Of a stretch of DNA of 64,000 bases, positions 47,638-57,678 are shown piece by piece. The notes under the pieces were generated by a model. That model had not been told where the DNA came from, ran no database searches, and saw only the letters and a list, made by a program, of their open reading frames with translations. Position 1 is the stretch's first letter. Every line of letters begins with the position of its first letter. A program made the position numbers and the translations under genes. Origin of the DNA: an uncultured Gammaproteobacteria bacterium. GTDB taxonomy: Bacteria > Pseudomonadota > Gammaproteobacteria > Steroidobacterales > Rariloculaceae. Where the stretch lies: the NCBI GenBank assembly GCA_964384125.1, contig CAYLKA010000004.1:5576-69575 (forward strand), given 5' to 3'.

Positions 47638-49574
47638 TCGGCGAGCTCTGCTCGGTTCTTGAAGTGCTCCAGCGCTTCTGGATTGGCCAGCGCATCCGTG
47701 TTGGTAACGTCACGGCCGTGAACGATGTCTCGTACCGCGATCTCCACAATCTTTCCGCTTCGAGTTCTGGGTATTTCGGCTACTTGCAGGATCTTCTCGG
47801 GCACGTCCCGCGGGCTAGCACCCTCCCTAATGGGCTTTCGTAGTCGTTCCCTTTGCGCATCATTTAGTTGATGGCCGGTCTGTATGCTTAGAAATAACAC
47901 GACTCTTACGTCCCCGTCCCACTCCTGACCTACCGCTATGCCTTCGGTAACCTCCTCGAACTGTTCCACGATGCGATAAATTTCTGAAGTTCCGATTCGC
48001 ACGCCTCCAGGGTTGAGTACCGTATCCGAGCGGCCGTAGATGATGACCCCATCGTGCTCGGTAAGCTCCGCGTAGTCGCCGTGACACCAGACATTTGGGA
48101 AGCGCTCGAAATAAGCTGCCCGGTATTTTGCACCGCCAGTGTCGTTCCAGAACGAGACCGGCATTGATGGGAACGGCGCTGTACACACCAGCTCCCCTTT
48201 TTGTTCTCGAACAGGCTCACCCTGATCGTTGAAGATCTCCATTTTCATTCCTAGTCCGCGACATTGAAGCTCGCCGCGATAGACGGGCAATGTTGGGTTG
48301 CCCACGGCGAAGCACGCAATGATATCCGTGCCGCCGGCGACCGAGGAAAGTTGCAGATCCTGCTTGACGTTTTTGTAGACGAAATCGTAACTCGATGGCG
48401 CCAGAGGCGAACCGGTGGACAGCACGCTCGAAAGTTTTTCGAGTTCAACGTTGCGATTGGGCCTGTAGCCTGTCTTCTCAAGCGCGCTGAGATATTTGGC
48501 ACTTGTTCCAAAAACCCGGAGGCGCTCGCGTTCGGCCATTCTCCACAACACCCCGGGGTCTGGATAGAAGGGCGAGCCGTCGAATAGTACGAGTGTTGCC
48601 CCGCTCGCCAACGCTGACACCAACCAGTTCCACATCATCCAACCCGTTGTCGTGAAATAGAATACCGGGTCACCTGGCTTGATGTCGCAATGGAGCAGAT
48701 GTTCTTTTTGGTGTTGGATCAGAGTCCCACCGGCGCCATGTACGATGCACTTCGGAATTCCGGTGGTACCGGATGAATACATGATGTACAGGGGGTGTGC
48801 GAACGGGAGGTATTCGTAGCGAGGCTCTGCAGCTTCCACGAGCAGATCCGTGTAGAGCTTCGCGCCCGGCAGTCGAGAAAGATCGGGGGATTCGTTTTGA
48901 TAGGGGACAACAATGAGCGCCTCTAGCGTGTCGAGTCGTTTGGACACCTCAGCTGCGACTGGCAAACAATCAATCGCTTTGCCGTTGTAGAAATAGCCGT
49001 CGATCACGAACATGGCTTTGGCCCCAATTTGGCCAAAGCGATCGAGTACGCCATTCGGACCGAAGTCAGGAGAGCATGAGGACCACACTGCGCCTAGACT
49101 CGCTGTCGCGAGCATCGCAACCACGGCTTCCGGACGGTTAGGGAGGAGGCCTACAACCCGGTCCCCAGGGCCGACACCAAAATACGCCAGTGCTTGTGAG
49201 ACGCTTGCTACCTGCTGGCGCAACTGTTCCCAGCTGAGTTCGACTCTATCTCCCCGCTCTCCGTAAAAGACAATCGCCGTACCGGTGTAATCGGGGCGCA
49301 TTAGGTTGTCGGCATAGTTGAGGCAAGCGCCTTCGAACCAGCGGGTGCCGAGCATCTCCTCGGCTGGTGTTAGAACGCTCTCGTAAGGTTGCGTCGCGCG
49401 GATCCCGCAAAAGTCCCAGCAAGCTTCCCAGAAGGCTTCGGGCTCGCTGATGCTCCACTCATAGAGCCCTGAGTAGTTCCGTGACGCCAGTTGCTCTGCG
49501 TGGGCATTCAGGAACTGTTGTAGGTTGCTCTCCGCGATACGCTGAGCCGACGGTCGCCAGATAGGATCTGTCAT
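47634..49574 (-). CDS. Acetoacetate--CoA ligase (acetoacetyl-CoA synthetase)
   Basis: 646 aa. The AMP-binding motif is [14 protein letters not shown], and [10 protein letters not shown] is near the C-terminus. The N-terminal pattern is WRPS...IAESNL... Confidence 0.85.
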   Translation of the reverse strand: MTDPIWRPSAQRIAESNLQQFLNAHAEQLASRNYSGLYEWSISEPEAFWEACWDFCGIRATQPYESVLTPAEEMLGTRWFEGACLNYADNLMRPDYTGTAIVFYGERGDRVELSWEQLRQQVASVSQALAYFGVGPGDRVVGLLPNRPEAVVAMLATASLGAVWSSCSPDFGPNGVLDRFGQIGAKAMFVIDGYFYNGKAIDCLPVAAEVSKRLDTLEALIVVPYQNESPDLSRLPGAKLYTDLLVEAAEPRYEYLPFAHPLYIMYSSGTTGIPKCIVHGAGGTLIQHQKEHLLHCDIKPGDPVFYFTTTGWMMWNWLVSALASGATLVLFDGSPFYPDPGVLWRMAERERLRVFGTSAKYLSALEKTGYRPNRNVELEKLSSVLSTGSPLAPSSYDFVYKNVKQDLQLSSVAGGTDIIACFAVGNPTLPVYRGELQCRGLGMKMEIFNDQGEPVREQKGELVCTAPFPSMPVSFWNDTGGAKYRAAYFERFPNVWCHGDYAELTEHDGVIIYGRSDTVLNPGGVRIGTSEIYRIVEQFEEVTEGIAVGQEWDGDVRVVLFLSIQTGHQLNDAQRERLRKPIREGASPRDVPEKILQVAEIPRTRSGKIVEIAVRDIVHGRDVTNTDALANPEALEHFKNRAELAE

Positions 49575-49696
49575 CAGAAATCGGAGTCGTACATGGGAAC
49601 GCTGGGGAATGGTACTGTTTTTTGGGGCTGCCTGTTTGGGCGAGGGGGATCCTATGTGACGACGTGCAAAGGAACGCGCTGGAGCGGTCGGAGAAG

Positions 49697-50491
49697 TCAG
49701 GGACTACCGTCAGGCTGCAGTGGCTCGCTCCTGAGCCTTTCGGCTACTGGCTCCTCCTCGAGTGGGGCGAGGTCGGGTTCACCCAACCATTCGAGCATGG
49801 CTCCTCGGGTGGCTTGCACTAACGCTAGGGCTGAATTGTGCGCCATCGGGTCGATAGACGGGCATATTCGAACCGATAACGAGCCTGGCGAGCAGAACCA
49901 GGAAGCGGAGGGGAGTTTGGCCCTGGAGCCTAGGATGACAATGGGTACGACAGGGAGCTTCGTCCACGAGGCGGAACTGAACGCGCCTAGCTGAAACGGC
50001 CTCAGGCCAGGGGTGGCGTCGAACGTTCCCTCCGGGAAGAACGCGAGCGAGTCACCGCGCGCGGCAGCTTTTAAAAGGCGTCGCGCAGCCCTATTTCTGT
50101 GTGAGCTCTTCTCCCGGTCCACGAATTCCGAACCGATGCGCTTCAGTAGGAAACCAGCTAACGGGAGCCTTGCCATCTCGTGCTTGATTAGGAATGTGAA
50201 GTTCGGTGGTAGAGCTGCCGTTAGAATCATCCCGTCCAAGTAACTGGCATGATTCGCCACCACGATGCAAGGGGAGCGGGGCAGTTGGTCGGCACCCTCC
50301 AACCTTACTGGGCTGCCGATCAGTGAGAAGAAGATTTTGCCCCCCCAGCGTGCCACCTGTCGTCGGCCGCGCCGTGCCGGCGTGAATATCAGAAGGACCA
50401 GGATTGGAATTACGCACCCCGTCAACACAATCCAGGCATAAACCCCGTATGTAATACGCGTAAACTGGCTGATAATTCCGGTAATACTCAC
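49697..50491 (-). CDS. Lysophospholipid (1-acyl-sn-glycerol-3-phosphate) acyltransferase family protein
   Basis: 264 aa with an N-terminal TM segment. It has the acyltransferase H(X)4D motif NHASYLDG and FPEGT. Confidence 0.82.
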   Translation of the reverse strand: MSITGIISQFTRITYGVYAWIVLTGCVIPILVLLIFTPARRGRRQVARWGGKIFFSLIGSPVRLEGADQLPRSPCIVVANHASYLDGMILTAALPPNFTFLIKHEMARLPLAGFLLKRIGSEFVDREKSSHRNRAARRLLKAAARGDSLAFFPEGTFDATPGLRPFQLGAFSSASWTKLPVVPIVILGSRAKLPSASWFCSPGSLSVRICPSIDPMAHNSALALVQATRGAMLEWLGEPDLAPLEEEPVAERLRSEPLQPDGSP

Positions 50492-50722
50492 GATTGTGTT
50501 GAGGCGGTGGTTTTCCCGTTGCCCGAAACGGGCTCTAAGGGGGTGTTTCCCGTGATTGACGTCTCTTTATGTTAATGTTTTTAATTGATTGTGAAGCTGC
50601 TCACGAGGATTCCCGGCTGACTCAAGCATGCTCGGCTGGTCTGTGGTGATAAGGCAGGTATCCAGCGAACATACCATTAATCACGCGTTGCTGAGCCGCC
50701 GGAGAGAAAGTACTACAGCAGG

Positions 50723-51667
50723 ATGATCCATAATCTCTTGCACGAGACGTCCGCCGATTCCGGGGCGCGCCTATCGAAGGATTCGAAGGTGGTCGTGGAT
50801 CGCTTTCTCGACGCGATCTGGGCCGAACGCGGTCTGTCCGAGAACACCCTCAAGGCGTATCGCGCGGATCTGCTTGCCCTTAACCAGCGTCTGGAGGGTC
50901 GTAAGGTTGATCTGGTGTGCGTGACGCGGGCTGATCTCCTCGAATACATCTCTTGGCGCGTGGACGGTGGCGCGAAGCCCCGGTCCACAGCGCGCCAGCT
51001 ATCCAGCTTCCGGCGTTTTTTCCGCTATCTTCTGCGTGAAGGTGTGATTGCTGAGGATCCGACTACACAGATCGCCATGCCGAAGATCGGCCGGACGCTT
51101 CCTCAGTCATTGACTGAGGAAGAGGTTGAAGCCTTGCTCGCCGCCCCTGTGGTCTCGGATCCCCTGGGGCACAGAGATCGGGCTATGCTCGAACTCCTCT
51201 ATGCCACGGGGGTACGGGTGTCGGAGCTCATCAACCTTAAGCTGTCCCAGGTCAACCTGAACCAGGGTGTGCTTCGTATCATCGGAAAGGGTGATCGGGA
51301 AAGGCTCATTCCGCTCGGCGACGAGGCTCAGGACTGGGTCAAGAAATTCATCGACGGTCCGCGCGTCAATATTTTGCTCAAACGCCAGACCGAGTACCTG
51401 TTCCCCACCGGGCGAGGCGATCGTATGTCGCGCCAGGCTTTCTGGCACATTATCAAGCGCTACGCTATGAAAGCGTGTATTGGCAAAATACTTTCACCCC
51501 ACACGGTCAGACACGCTTTCGCTACTCACTTACTCAACAACGGCGCCGATCTGCGGGTCGTGCAGCTCTTGCTGGGACACAGTGACGTTTCCACGACCCA
51601 GATTTACACTCACGTTGCCCGGGAGCGCATGAAAGAGCTGCACTCCAGGCATCATCCCCGGGGCTAG
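50723..51667 (+). CDS. xerD: Site-specific tyrosine recombinase XerD
   Basis: 314 aa with FLDAIWAERGLSENTLKAYRADL. The catalytic residues lie in ...ATGVRVSEL..., HTVRHAFATHLL, LLGHSDVSTTQIYTHV. It is followed by dsbC, as in enterobacteria. Confidence 0.9.
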   Translation: MIHNLLHETSADSGARLSKDSKVVVDRFLDAIWAERGLSENTLKAYRADLLALNQRLEGRKVDLVCVTRADLLEYISWRVDGGAKPRSTARQLSSFRRFFRYLLREGVIAEDPTTQIAMPKIGRTLPQSLTEEEVEALLAAPVVSDPLGHRDRAMLELLYATGVRVSELINLKLSQVNLNQGVLRIIGKGDRERLIPLGDEAQDWVKKFIDGPRVNILLKRQTEYLFPTGRGDRMSRQAFWHIIKRYAMKACIGKILSPHTVRHAFATHLLNNGADLRVVQLLLGHSDVSTTQIYTHVARERMKELHSRHHPRG

Positions 51668-51706
51668 ATACTCCAGGCATCATCCCCGGGGCTAGATACT
51701 CCAGGC
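51643..51706 (+). repeat. 28-bp tandem direct duplication spanning the xerD stop codon (2 full copies plus 8 nt)
   Basis: CTCCAGGCATCATCCCCGGGGCTAGATA occurs at 51643-51670 and identically at 51671-51698. CTCCAGGC follows at 51699-51706 before the sequence diverges. Confidence 0.95.
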
Positions 51707-51779
51707 GTGATGCTGGATCTGTTAGGATTAGTCAAAGCTCTCTGAGGGTTTCTCGAGAGTCGAGGGTCCGGACATCCGA

Positions 51780-52529
51780 ATGCTTCAGTCTCTTAGGGAG
51801 ATTACAGTGCAAGCCAAATGGTTATTAACTCTCCTCGCTATGATGGCTACCGCTTCGTCGGGCCAGGAGAACGAGGCTCTCAGCAAAGAAGAGCTTGCTG
51901 CGACGTTGCCAGGCGTTGAGGTCCAGGACATCAACGACACACCCATCCCCGGTATGTATGAGGTGGCTGTCGGTCCCCAGGTGGCGTATGTGTCTGATGA
52001 TGGTCGTTACTTCATCCAGGGCGATCTCTATGACCTGGATTCGAATCAGAACTTGACCGAGCAGCGACGCGCCCGAGCGCGCGTGGACGTCCTCGCTGAA
52101 ATCGACCCGTCGACTATGATCGTTTTTAGCCCGGCTCCAGAGGATGTGAAGCACACTGTTACGGTGTTCACCGACATCGACTGCGGTTATTGCAGACAGC
52201 TGCACCGCGAGATGGACCAGGTCAATGCCCTCGGAGTCGCTGTCCAGTACGTTGCTTACCCGAGAACTGGGCCCGATACGGACTCCTGGGATAAGGCTGA
52301 TCGAGTCTGGTGTGCTCCCGATCGCAACACAGCGTTCACCGAGGCTACTCTGGCCGGCAAGCTACCGGAGGAGAGCTGTGACGCAACGCCAGTTGCAGGC
52401 CATTACGATTTCGGCCATCTCGTCGGTGTTCGTGGCACCCCGACCGTGCTCACAAACGAGGGGGTTCATTTAGGTGGTTACCTGGCGCCACAAGATTTGT
52501 TTGCCCAACTTGAAGCGCTAGCCGACTGA
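51780..52529 (+). CDS. dsbC: Thiol:disulfide interchange protein DsbC
   Basis: 249 aa with a signal peptide. It has the thioredoxin active site DIDCGYCRQLH and the second Cys pair (WCAP...ESCD). Confidence 0.88.
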   Translation: MLQSLREITVQAKWLLTLLAMMATASSGQENEALSKEELAATLPGVEVQDINDTPIPGMYEVAVGPQVAYVSDDGRYFIQGDLYDLDSNQNLTEQRRARARVDVLAEIDPSTMIVFSPAPEDVKHTVTVFTDIDCGYCRQLHREMDQVNALGVAVQYVAYPRTGPDTDSWDKADRVWCAPDRNTAFTEATLAGKLPEESCDATPVAGHYDFGHLVGVRGTPTVLTNEGVHLGGYLAPQDLFAQLEALAD

Positions 52530-52555
52530 CCCGAGTAACGCAAACCTCCCGATCT

Positions 52556-54388
52556 ATGCCGCGGGCACCCGCCCGCCGCCTGCAGGGGTTCCAGATGGAC
52601 CGAACACCACGTGCGGGCGCGATCGTCACATTCATCGCTCTAGGTCTTGGCATTGGATCGACCGGGAGTTCCCAGGAGTCGGCCGATCCCGACGTCATCG
52701 TCGTCGGTGCGGGTATTTCTGGCCTGGCCGCCAGCCTGGAGGCAGCGCAAGAGGGAGTGCGCGTACAAATCGTCGACATGTGGTCCGTATTCGGAGGCCA
52801 TGCGGTCATGTCCGGCGGTGGCGTAGCCATCGTTGGCTCGGATCTGCAGCTCGAGATGGGAATTGTGGATTCTCCTGAGATTGCCACTCAGGATTTCTTC
52901 GAGTGGGGTGAAGATCCCGACCCCTACTGGGTGGACTATTACGCTCAACACTCCAGGATCGAGTTGGGGCAGTGGCTAGAGTCCCTTGGTGTCCGATGGA
53001 CCGGCGTCAATCCGCAATTCGGCAATAGTGTGCCTCGCTTCCATCGTACTAACGGTCGTGGTCTGGGGCTGGTCACGCCGATCTACCGACAAGTGTTGCG
53101 CTACCCGAATGTGAACTTTCGCTGGAATTTCAAGATCAGCGGATTGCTGGTGGAGGAAGGTCGCGTTGTCGGCGTTCGGGGAGAGGACTTGAGAACTGGA
53201 GAAAGCGCCGAACTGCGCGCCGGCCATGTTTTGTTGGCGACTGGTGGATTTCAGAGCAACATGGAGATGGTGCGGCGTTTTTGGCCCGCCGACCTCGCTG
53301 AGCCGAGCGATCTTCTCGTTGGCTCGGGCCTCAACTCCGAGGGCTCAGGTCACGAGCTGGCGCAGGCAGTGGGTGCCGCCTTTCATCGTATGGATCATCA
53401 GTGGAATTACCCCTGGGGTCTGCCTCACCCGCATTATCCTGGAGAGGGTCGTGCACTCGCCTCCAGAAATTCCGTATCAATTTGGATAAATGCTGACGGC
53501 GAGCGTTTCGTTAACGAGCTCGATGACACGAAGTCGACCCTCGCCGCCGTCGTGGCACAGGCGCCGTCCACCTACTGGGCTATCTTCGATGATGACGACA
53601 ACGAGAATTTCTACGTCTCCGGAAGCGGCTGGGATGACTATCAGCGAATTCGCAAGGAGATCCTCGACAACCCCGAGCTGACCACGCAGGCTGCATCGCT
53701 AGCTGAGCTTGGCAGAGCGATCGACCAGGATCCCGTGAAGCTCGAAGCGACGGTCGCCAGGTTTAACGCGATGATCGACAGCGGTGTCGATGAGGATTTT
53801 GGTCGTTTCGGCGCCGAAGACGAACTTTCGCCGTTGGCCAGTATTGATCAGCCACCGTTTTACGCTATCCAGTTTTTCCCAATGACTCGCAAGAGCATGG
53901 GAGGCGTGGCGGTGGATGGCGAAACTAGGGTCATTCGTGAGGACGGCAGCGTGATTCCGGGGCTCTATGCTTCGGGCGAATTGACAGGGTTCGCGGGAGT
54001 CAACGGTTCCGCTGGTCTTGAAGGCACGTTCCTCGGGCCGGCTATTCTCACCGGTCGCGTAGCGGGACGAACGTTGGTTCGAGACGTCGGTGACAATCGG
54101 GAACTCGAAGCTCCGATCCCCGGTCTCCTCGCACAGGACTTTCCGTCACAGGAGTTCTCATCGCTCGATGTCGGGACCTGTAATGCTTGTCACAACTTGT
54201 CCGAGGCCGTAAGCGAACCGCGATCCGGATACGGGCACTTTGAGCGTGTGCACAGTATCGTTCTGGATGAACAACAGAATTGTGGAGACTGCCACGCTGG
54301 GCTTGCCCCCTACAGTCCACTAAACCATGAGATCGATAGCGTCGCTCAGACGGCCAGCTGCGTCCATTGTCACTTGGTGGTCGAATAA
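52556..54388 (+). CDS. Exported FAD-dependent oxidoreductase (fumarate reductase/KstD-like FAD_binding_2 type) with a C-terminal three-CXXCH domain
   Basis: 610 aa (alternative start ATG 52595). The FAD dinucleotide motif is DVIVVGAGISGLAASLEAA, followed by LYASGELTGF. The last ~70 aa carry CNACH, CGDCH and CVHCH (54179-54385), plus extra His residues. Confidence 0.8.
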   Translation: MPRAPARRLQGFQMDRTPRAGAIVTFIALGLGIGSTGSSQESADPDVIVVGAGISGLAASLEAAQEGVRVQIVDMWSVFGGHAVMSGGGVAIVGSDLQLEMGIVDSPEIATQDFFEWGEDPDPYWVDYYAQHSRIELGQWLESLGVRWTGVNPQFGNSVPRFHRTNGRGLGLVTPIYRQVLRYPNVNFRWNFKISGLLVEEGRVVGVRGEDLRTGESAELRAGHVLLATGGFQSNMEMVRRFWPADLAEPSDLLVGSGLNSEGSGHELAQAVGAAFHRMDHQWNYPWGLPHPHYPGEGRALASRNSVSIWINADGERFVNELDDTKSTLAAVVAQAPSTYWAIFDDDDNENFYVSGSGWDDYQRIRKEILDNPELTTQAASLAELGRAIDQDPVKLEATVARFNAMIDSGVDEDFGRFGAEDELSPLASIDQPPFYAIQFFPMTRKSMGGVAVDGETRVIREDGSVIPGLYASGELTGFAGVNGSAGLEGTFLGPAILTGRVAGRTLVRDVGDNRELEAPIPGLLAQDFPSQEFSSLDVGTCNACHNLSEAVSEPRSGYGHFERVHSIVLDEQQNCGDCHAGLAPYSPLNHEIDSVAQTASCVHCHLVVE

Positions 54389-54407
54389 GCGCGCGTTGCG
54401 TTCAACC

Positions 54408-56132
54408 TCAAGGTGCGCTCGGCGGGGGGATGCGAGCTCGTGTCGCTTGCTCGAAGGCATAGGCGAGCGCGATCAAACGGGGCTCGCTGCACGCGAGTCC
54501 CGTAAACGAGACGCCGAACGGAGCCGGCTCCGGCTCAAAACCCTCGGGAAACGGGGGTTCTGCGCGTGTCGCGATGCGTCCGATGGGGACGATCACGGAT
54601 GGATACCCTGGCCTGGCAGCGACGTTGGAGCCTCGATTCATCGGAAAAAGTAGCGCGTCCAGGTTGTGTTCTGTGATGGCGGCGTCAATACCGTGCGCGC
54701 CCGTCAGCTCAATGTCCTTCGCGCGGTCCGCTTGATAGCGTGCGCGGTCCCTGTCGAGATCGATCTCGTCGGAAATATCGAGCAATGCCTGCTCGTACTT
54801 GATGGTACCGAGGCGTACGTTTTCCCGGTTCCATTGTCGAAGCTCGGTGAGTGAGCGTACCGGTGAGGTGTTGCCTAGCGTTTCCAGCCAAGCGTTGAAA
54901 TCCCGCTTCATGCCGTACTTGAAGACGATGGAGCAGTGCTCATCATTTCCGCGTGTAGTGTTTTCCCCTGCGCAGATTCCCCATCGAAATAGATTACGAG
55001 CGGGATCTGGATCGAGCACCGTGGGTAGGTTCGCTGGGTCGACGATGGTCGCACCTTGTGCTTCTAGAGCTTCTACGGCCTCTTCGAATAACTCGAGTTG
55101 AGCGGCGTCGAGTCCCCCGCGTGGGTTCGCCGCGCCTGGCACTGCGTTGGGTTCCACGAAACCCGCTCGCGGGATCCCGATGCGCGCACCACTCAGGCTG
55201 TCGGCGTCCAGAGACGCGGTGTAGTCGCTGTCGGGCGGGGCCTCACATCGACTGGTGGCCGGATCGTTTGGGTCCGGCTCGGCACTCTCTAGCACTCCGA
55301 GGAGAATGGCGGCGTCGGTAACGCTTCTCGCCATCGGTCCCGCCGTGTCCTGATCCGCGGTGATCGGAATAATCCCGTAGCGGCTGATGCGCCCCAGGGT
55401 TGGTTTGATGCCGACCAACATGTTTTGGTTCGAGGGCCAAAGGATGGACCCGGATGTTTCTGTGCCCACGTTGGCTGCCCACAAGTTCGCACTGGTGCCG
55501 ATGCCTGAGCTTGAGCCGCCCGGCGATAGCACCGGCATGCCGTCACCGATACCGGGACGTGGGTCGCGGCGAGGGTCGTACGGATTGAACCCATAGCCGC
55601 CGAGGGAACTGTAGTTGTCAGGCATATCGAACGGCGCTCCAGCGACCCAGTTTGCCAACTCGGTCAGCACGGTCTTAGCGATGATGATGGCGCCGGCTTC
55701 CCGTAGCCTGATGGTCAACGTCGCATCGTACGGGGGGGTCAGTCCCTCGAAGGCCAGAGAACCGCCCGTGGTGGGCATGTTCGTCGTATGAATATTGTCT
55801 TTCAATGCGATGGGTATGCCGTGGAGCGGGCCACGCACACGACCCTGCGCGCGCTCTCGGTCTAGGAGTTCGGCTTCCGCCATTGCGTTAGGATTTACGC
55901 TGATGGTGGCATTTAGTTGGTTTTCGTAGAGTGCGATGCGCGTCAAGTACCGCTGCACGAGATCTTGCGCCGACAGGCGCCCCTCGTTCATCGCGTTCTG
56001 CATGTCCGGGATGCTTGCTTCTACGATGGAGAAGGGCTCGTCGACCTCTGGCTCAATGGAGGTGTCCATGTCGCAGCCAGCGATCACCAAGAGGATCGCG
56101 GTCATCACATAAGAGGGGCGCGCTGTGGCCAT
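54408..56132 (-). CDS. Amidase-signature family amidase, lipoprotein
   Basis: 574 aa with a lipobox LLVIAGC. The AS motif is GGSSSGIGTSANLW...GTETSGSI, preceded by GIPIALKDNI. Confidence 0.87.
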   Translation of the reverse strand: MATARPSYVMTAILLVIAGCDMDTSIEPEVDEPFSIVEASIPDMQNAMNEGRLSAQDLVQRYLTRIALYENQLNATISVNPNAMAEAELLDRERAQGRVRGPLHGIPIALKDNIHTTNMPTTGGSLAFEGLTPPYDATLTIRLREAGAIIIAKTVLTELANWVAGAPFDMPDNYSSLGGYGFNPYDPRRDPRPGIGDGMPVLSPGGSSSGIGTSANLWAANVGTETSGSILWPSNQNMLVGIKPTLGRISRYGIIPITADQDTAGPMARSVTDAAILLGVLESAEPDPNDPATSRCEAPPDSDYTASLDADSLSGARIGIPRAGFVEPNAVPGAANPRGGLDAAQLELFEEAVEALEAQGATIVDPANLPTVLDPDPARNLFRWGICAGENTTRGNDEHCSIVFKYGMKRDFNAWLETLGNTSPVRSLTELRQWNRENVRLGTIKYEQALLDISDEIDLDRDRARYQADRAKDIELTGAHGIDAAITEHNLDALLFPMNRGSNVAARPGYPSVIVPIGRIATRAEPPFPEGFEPEPAPFGVSFTGLACSEPRLIALAYAFEQATRARIPPPSAP

Positions 56133-56150
56133 CGTTTCCTCCCCGTTAGC

Positions 56151-56930
56151 TCAGTGTGTCATGGAGTAAATGACGTAGTTAACACCGAATCGATATGCGA
56201 GTGCCGTCAGGGGTTCCGGATAATAGGCATCGTCCGCATGCTCCCACGCGTCGCCGAGATCCATATTGAAGTTGATGGCGACTAGCAGCCTACCGTCGTC
56301 ATCGTAAACTCCACGCCAGTGTGCCGGCACGCCTTGCGGGTGCTCCCAGGTCACACCACGCCAGATAGCTTGCTGTCCCGGAATCTGCACGCGCTGATCC
56401 ACGTCGTAGAGCACGTGGAAAATCTCGTCGTGCTCCGGAATGTCGACGATGGGTCGATCCCAGAAGACCTTCTTCAAGGACTCGGCAAACTGCGTCCATT
56501 CGCGCGGACCGTGGAAGTCGTCGACGATCAGAAAACCGCCTCGCAGGAGGTATTCTCTTAGTCGTGCGGCCTCGTCGTCGCTCAGCCGCCAGAAACCAAC
56601 TTTAACTGCGTAGATCGCCGGGTAATCGAAGAGCCGATCATCGATTAGAGATACCTGACGGTTGTCGGTAGCGGCGTCTATTCGGGTGAGTCTTCGCACG
56701 CCATCTATGAAATGCACCTCCGCTTCCGGCCAATCCCGCAGCCAAGGTTCGCCACGCCCTGTGCCGAAACGTTCGCCGTGATAGCCAAAAGCAACACGAG
56801 CGAAATGAAATTCGGAGTCCATTAACTCCAGTGCGGTGCGATCCTGCGCCGCCCCCGAGCTGGCGAGCAGGAGAGTCCAGCCGAAGAAGAAAAAAGCACG
56901 TTTACCGTTCACTATCATTCGAAATGTCAC
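56151..56930 (-). CDS. DUF4159-like exported protein
   Basis: 259 aa with a signal peptide. The pattern EFHFARVAF...W..DWPEAE...RLFDYPAIYAV...LSDDEAARLREYLLRGGFLIVDDFHG matches my memory of DUF4159; I have not verified this. Confidence 0.6.
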   Translation of the reverse strand: MTFRMIVNGKRAFFFFGWTLLLASSGAAQDRTALELMDSEFHFARVAFGYHGERFGTGRGEPWLRDWPEAEVHFIDGVRRLTRIDAATDNRQVSLIDDRLFDYPAIYAVKVGFWRLSDDEAARLREYLLRGGFLIVDDFHGPREWTQFAESLKKVFWDRPIVDIPEHDEIFHVLYDVDQRVQIPGQQAIWRGVTWEHPQGVPAHWRGVYDDDGRLLVAINFNMDLGDAWEHADDAYYPEPLTALAYRFGVNYVIYSMTH

Positions 56931-57040
56931 TCTTGAAGGCTTTCACGACCGTGCGCTGATGGCCTTCCCGACAGACGAAATGCCCGGTGGCTAGTCATAG
57001 CTATGATAGCCTCTGAACGGGATCCCTGTGGAGAGTAGTC

Positions 57041-57553
57041 ATGCTGTATAGAAAAAAAATGATCATTTCGAGGTGGTTTTTAGGACCACTAATTTGCCTG
57101 CTTATTTCTGCGCTTTTGCCGATGATCTCCTCAGCTGCCGATCCGCTGGTTCGGGAGCACCTGATCGATGAACGCGGTGAATTGCGGGCTTTTTCGCGTG
57201 CAGTGACTACCGAGGGGGGGAGAATAGTCTGGTTGGCAGGTCAAACGGCCACCATCGACTCTGGTGGCAACTTGTTGGCTGGCGATTTCGAGGCCCAGAC
57301 TCGTGAAATTTTCCGTATTCTCGACGAGCGGCTGCGGCAGTTCGATGGGACGTTGTCGGATATCGTTACTATGACCGTCTATATCAACGATGTTCGCAAC
57401 GGTGACGTTTTCGTCGATATCCGGAAGGAGCATTTCGAGGCCGGACGTTACCCGTCGAGTGCGTTGATTACCGTGGTGGGATTCGCTCGCCCGGAGATTA
57501 TGATCGAGATCAAGGCGACTGCCGTGGTTGGTGAGGAGGCGGGGATAGAGTGA
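57041..57553 (+). CDS. RidA/YjgF family protein with Sec signal peptide (exported)
   Basis: 170 aa. Signal peptide ...LLPMISSAADP. The RidA core is RIVWLAGQTA...AQTREIFRILDERL...LSDIVTMTVYI...PSSALITVVGFARPEIMIEIKATA. Confidence 0.8.
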   Translation: MLYRKKMIISRWFLGPLICLLISALLPMISSAADPLVREHLIDERGELRAFSRAVTTEGGRIVWLAGQTATIDSGGNLLAGDFEAQTREIFRILDERLRQFDGTLSDIVTMTVYINDVRNGDVFVDIRKEHFEAGRYPSSALITVVGFARPEIMIEIKATAVVGEEAGIE

Positions 57554-57678
57554 GGGGGAGCGCCGGCGACTTGATTTCTGCGTCCGAAGTCCGGAACCTG
57601 AAACCCTGAGCCGTTCTGGGCGGGAAGTGTGCGACTCTGTCGCTGCGATAAGGCGTCCGGGCATCGGGAGGGGGAGAT

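Noticed and set aside
46540-49574. The AFG1-like ATPase overlaps an upstream gene by 4 nt and could be a defence or toxin ATPase module.
   Set aside because: The sequence fits housekeeping ZapE, and its partner is a standard acetoacetyl-CoA synthetase. No nuclease, effector or other defence-type domain is present.
50501-50570. The acyltransferase/xerD intergenic region has a 6-bp hairpin (CCCGTT/AACGGG) and a near-repeat GGT(G)TTTCCCGT.
   Set aside because: These elements are short and imperfect, with no T-tract or recognisable promoter spacing. The evidence is insufficient to call a regulatory element.
50723-51667. The tyrosine recombinase could mark an integrated mobile element.
   Set aside because: It has XerD-type N- and C-terminal motifs and the conserved xerD-dsbC chromosomal synteny. 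I see no att-like flanks, tRNA, transposase or phage genes nearby.
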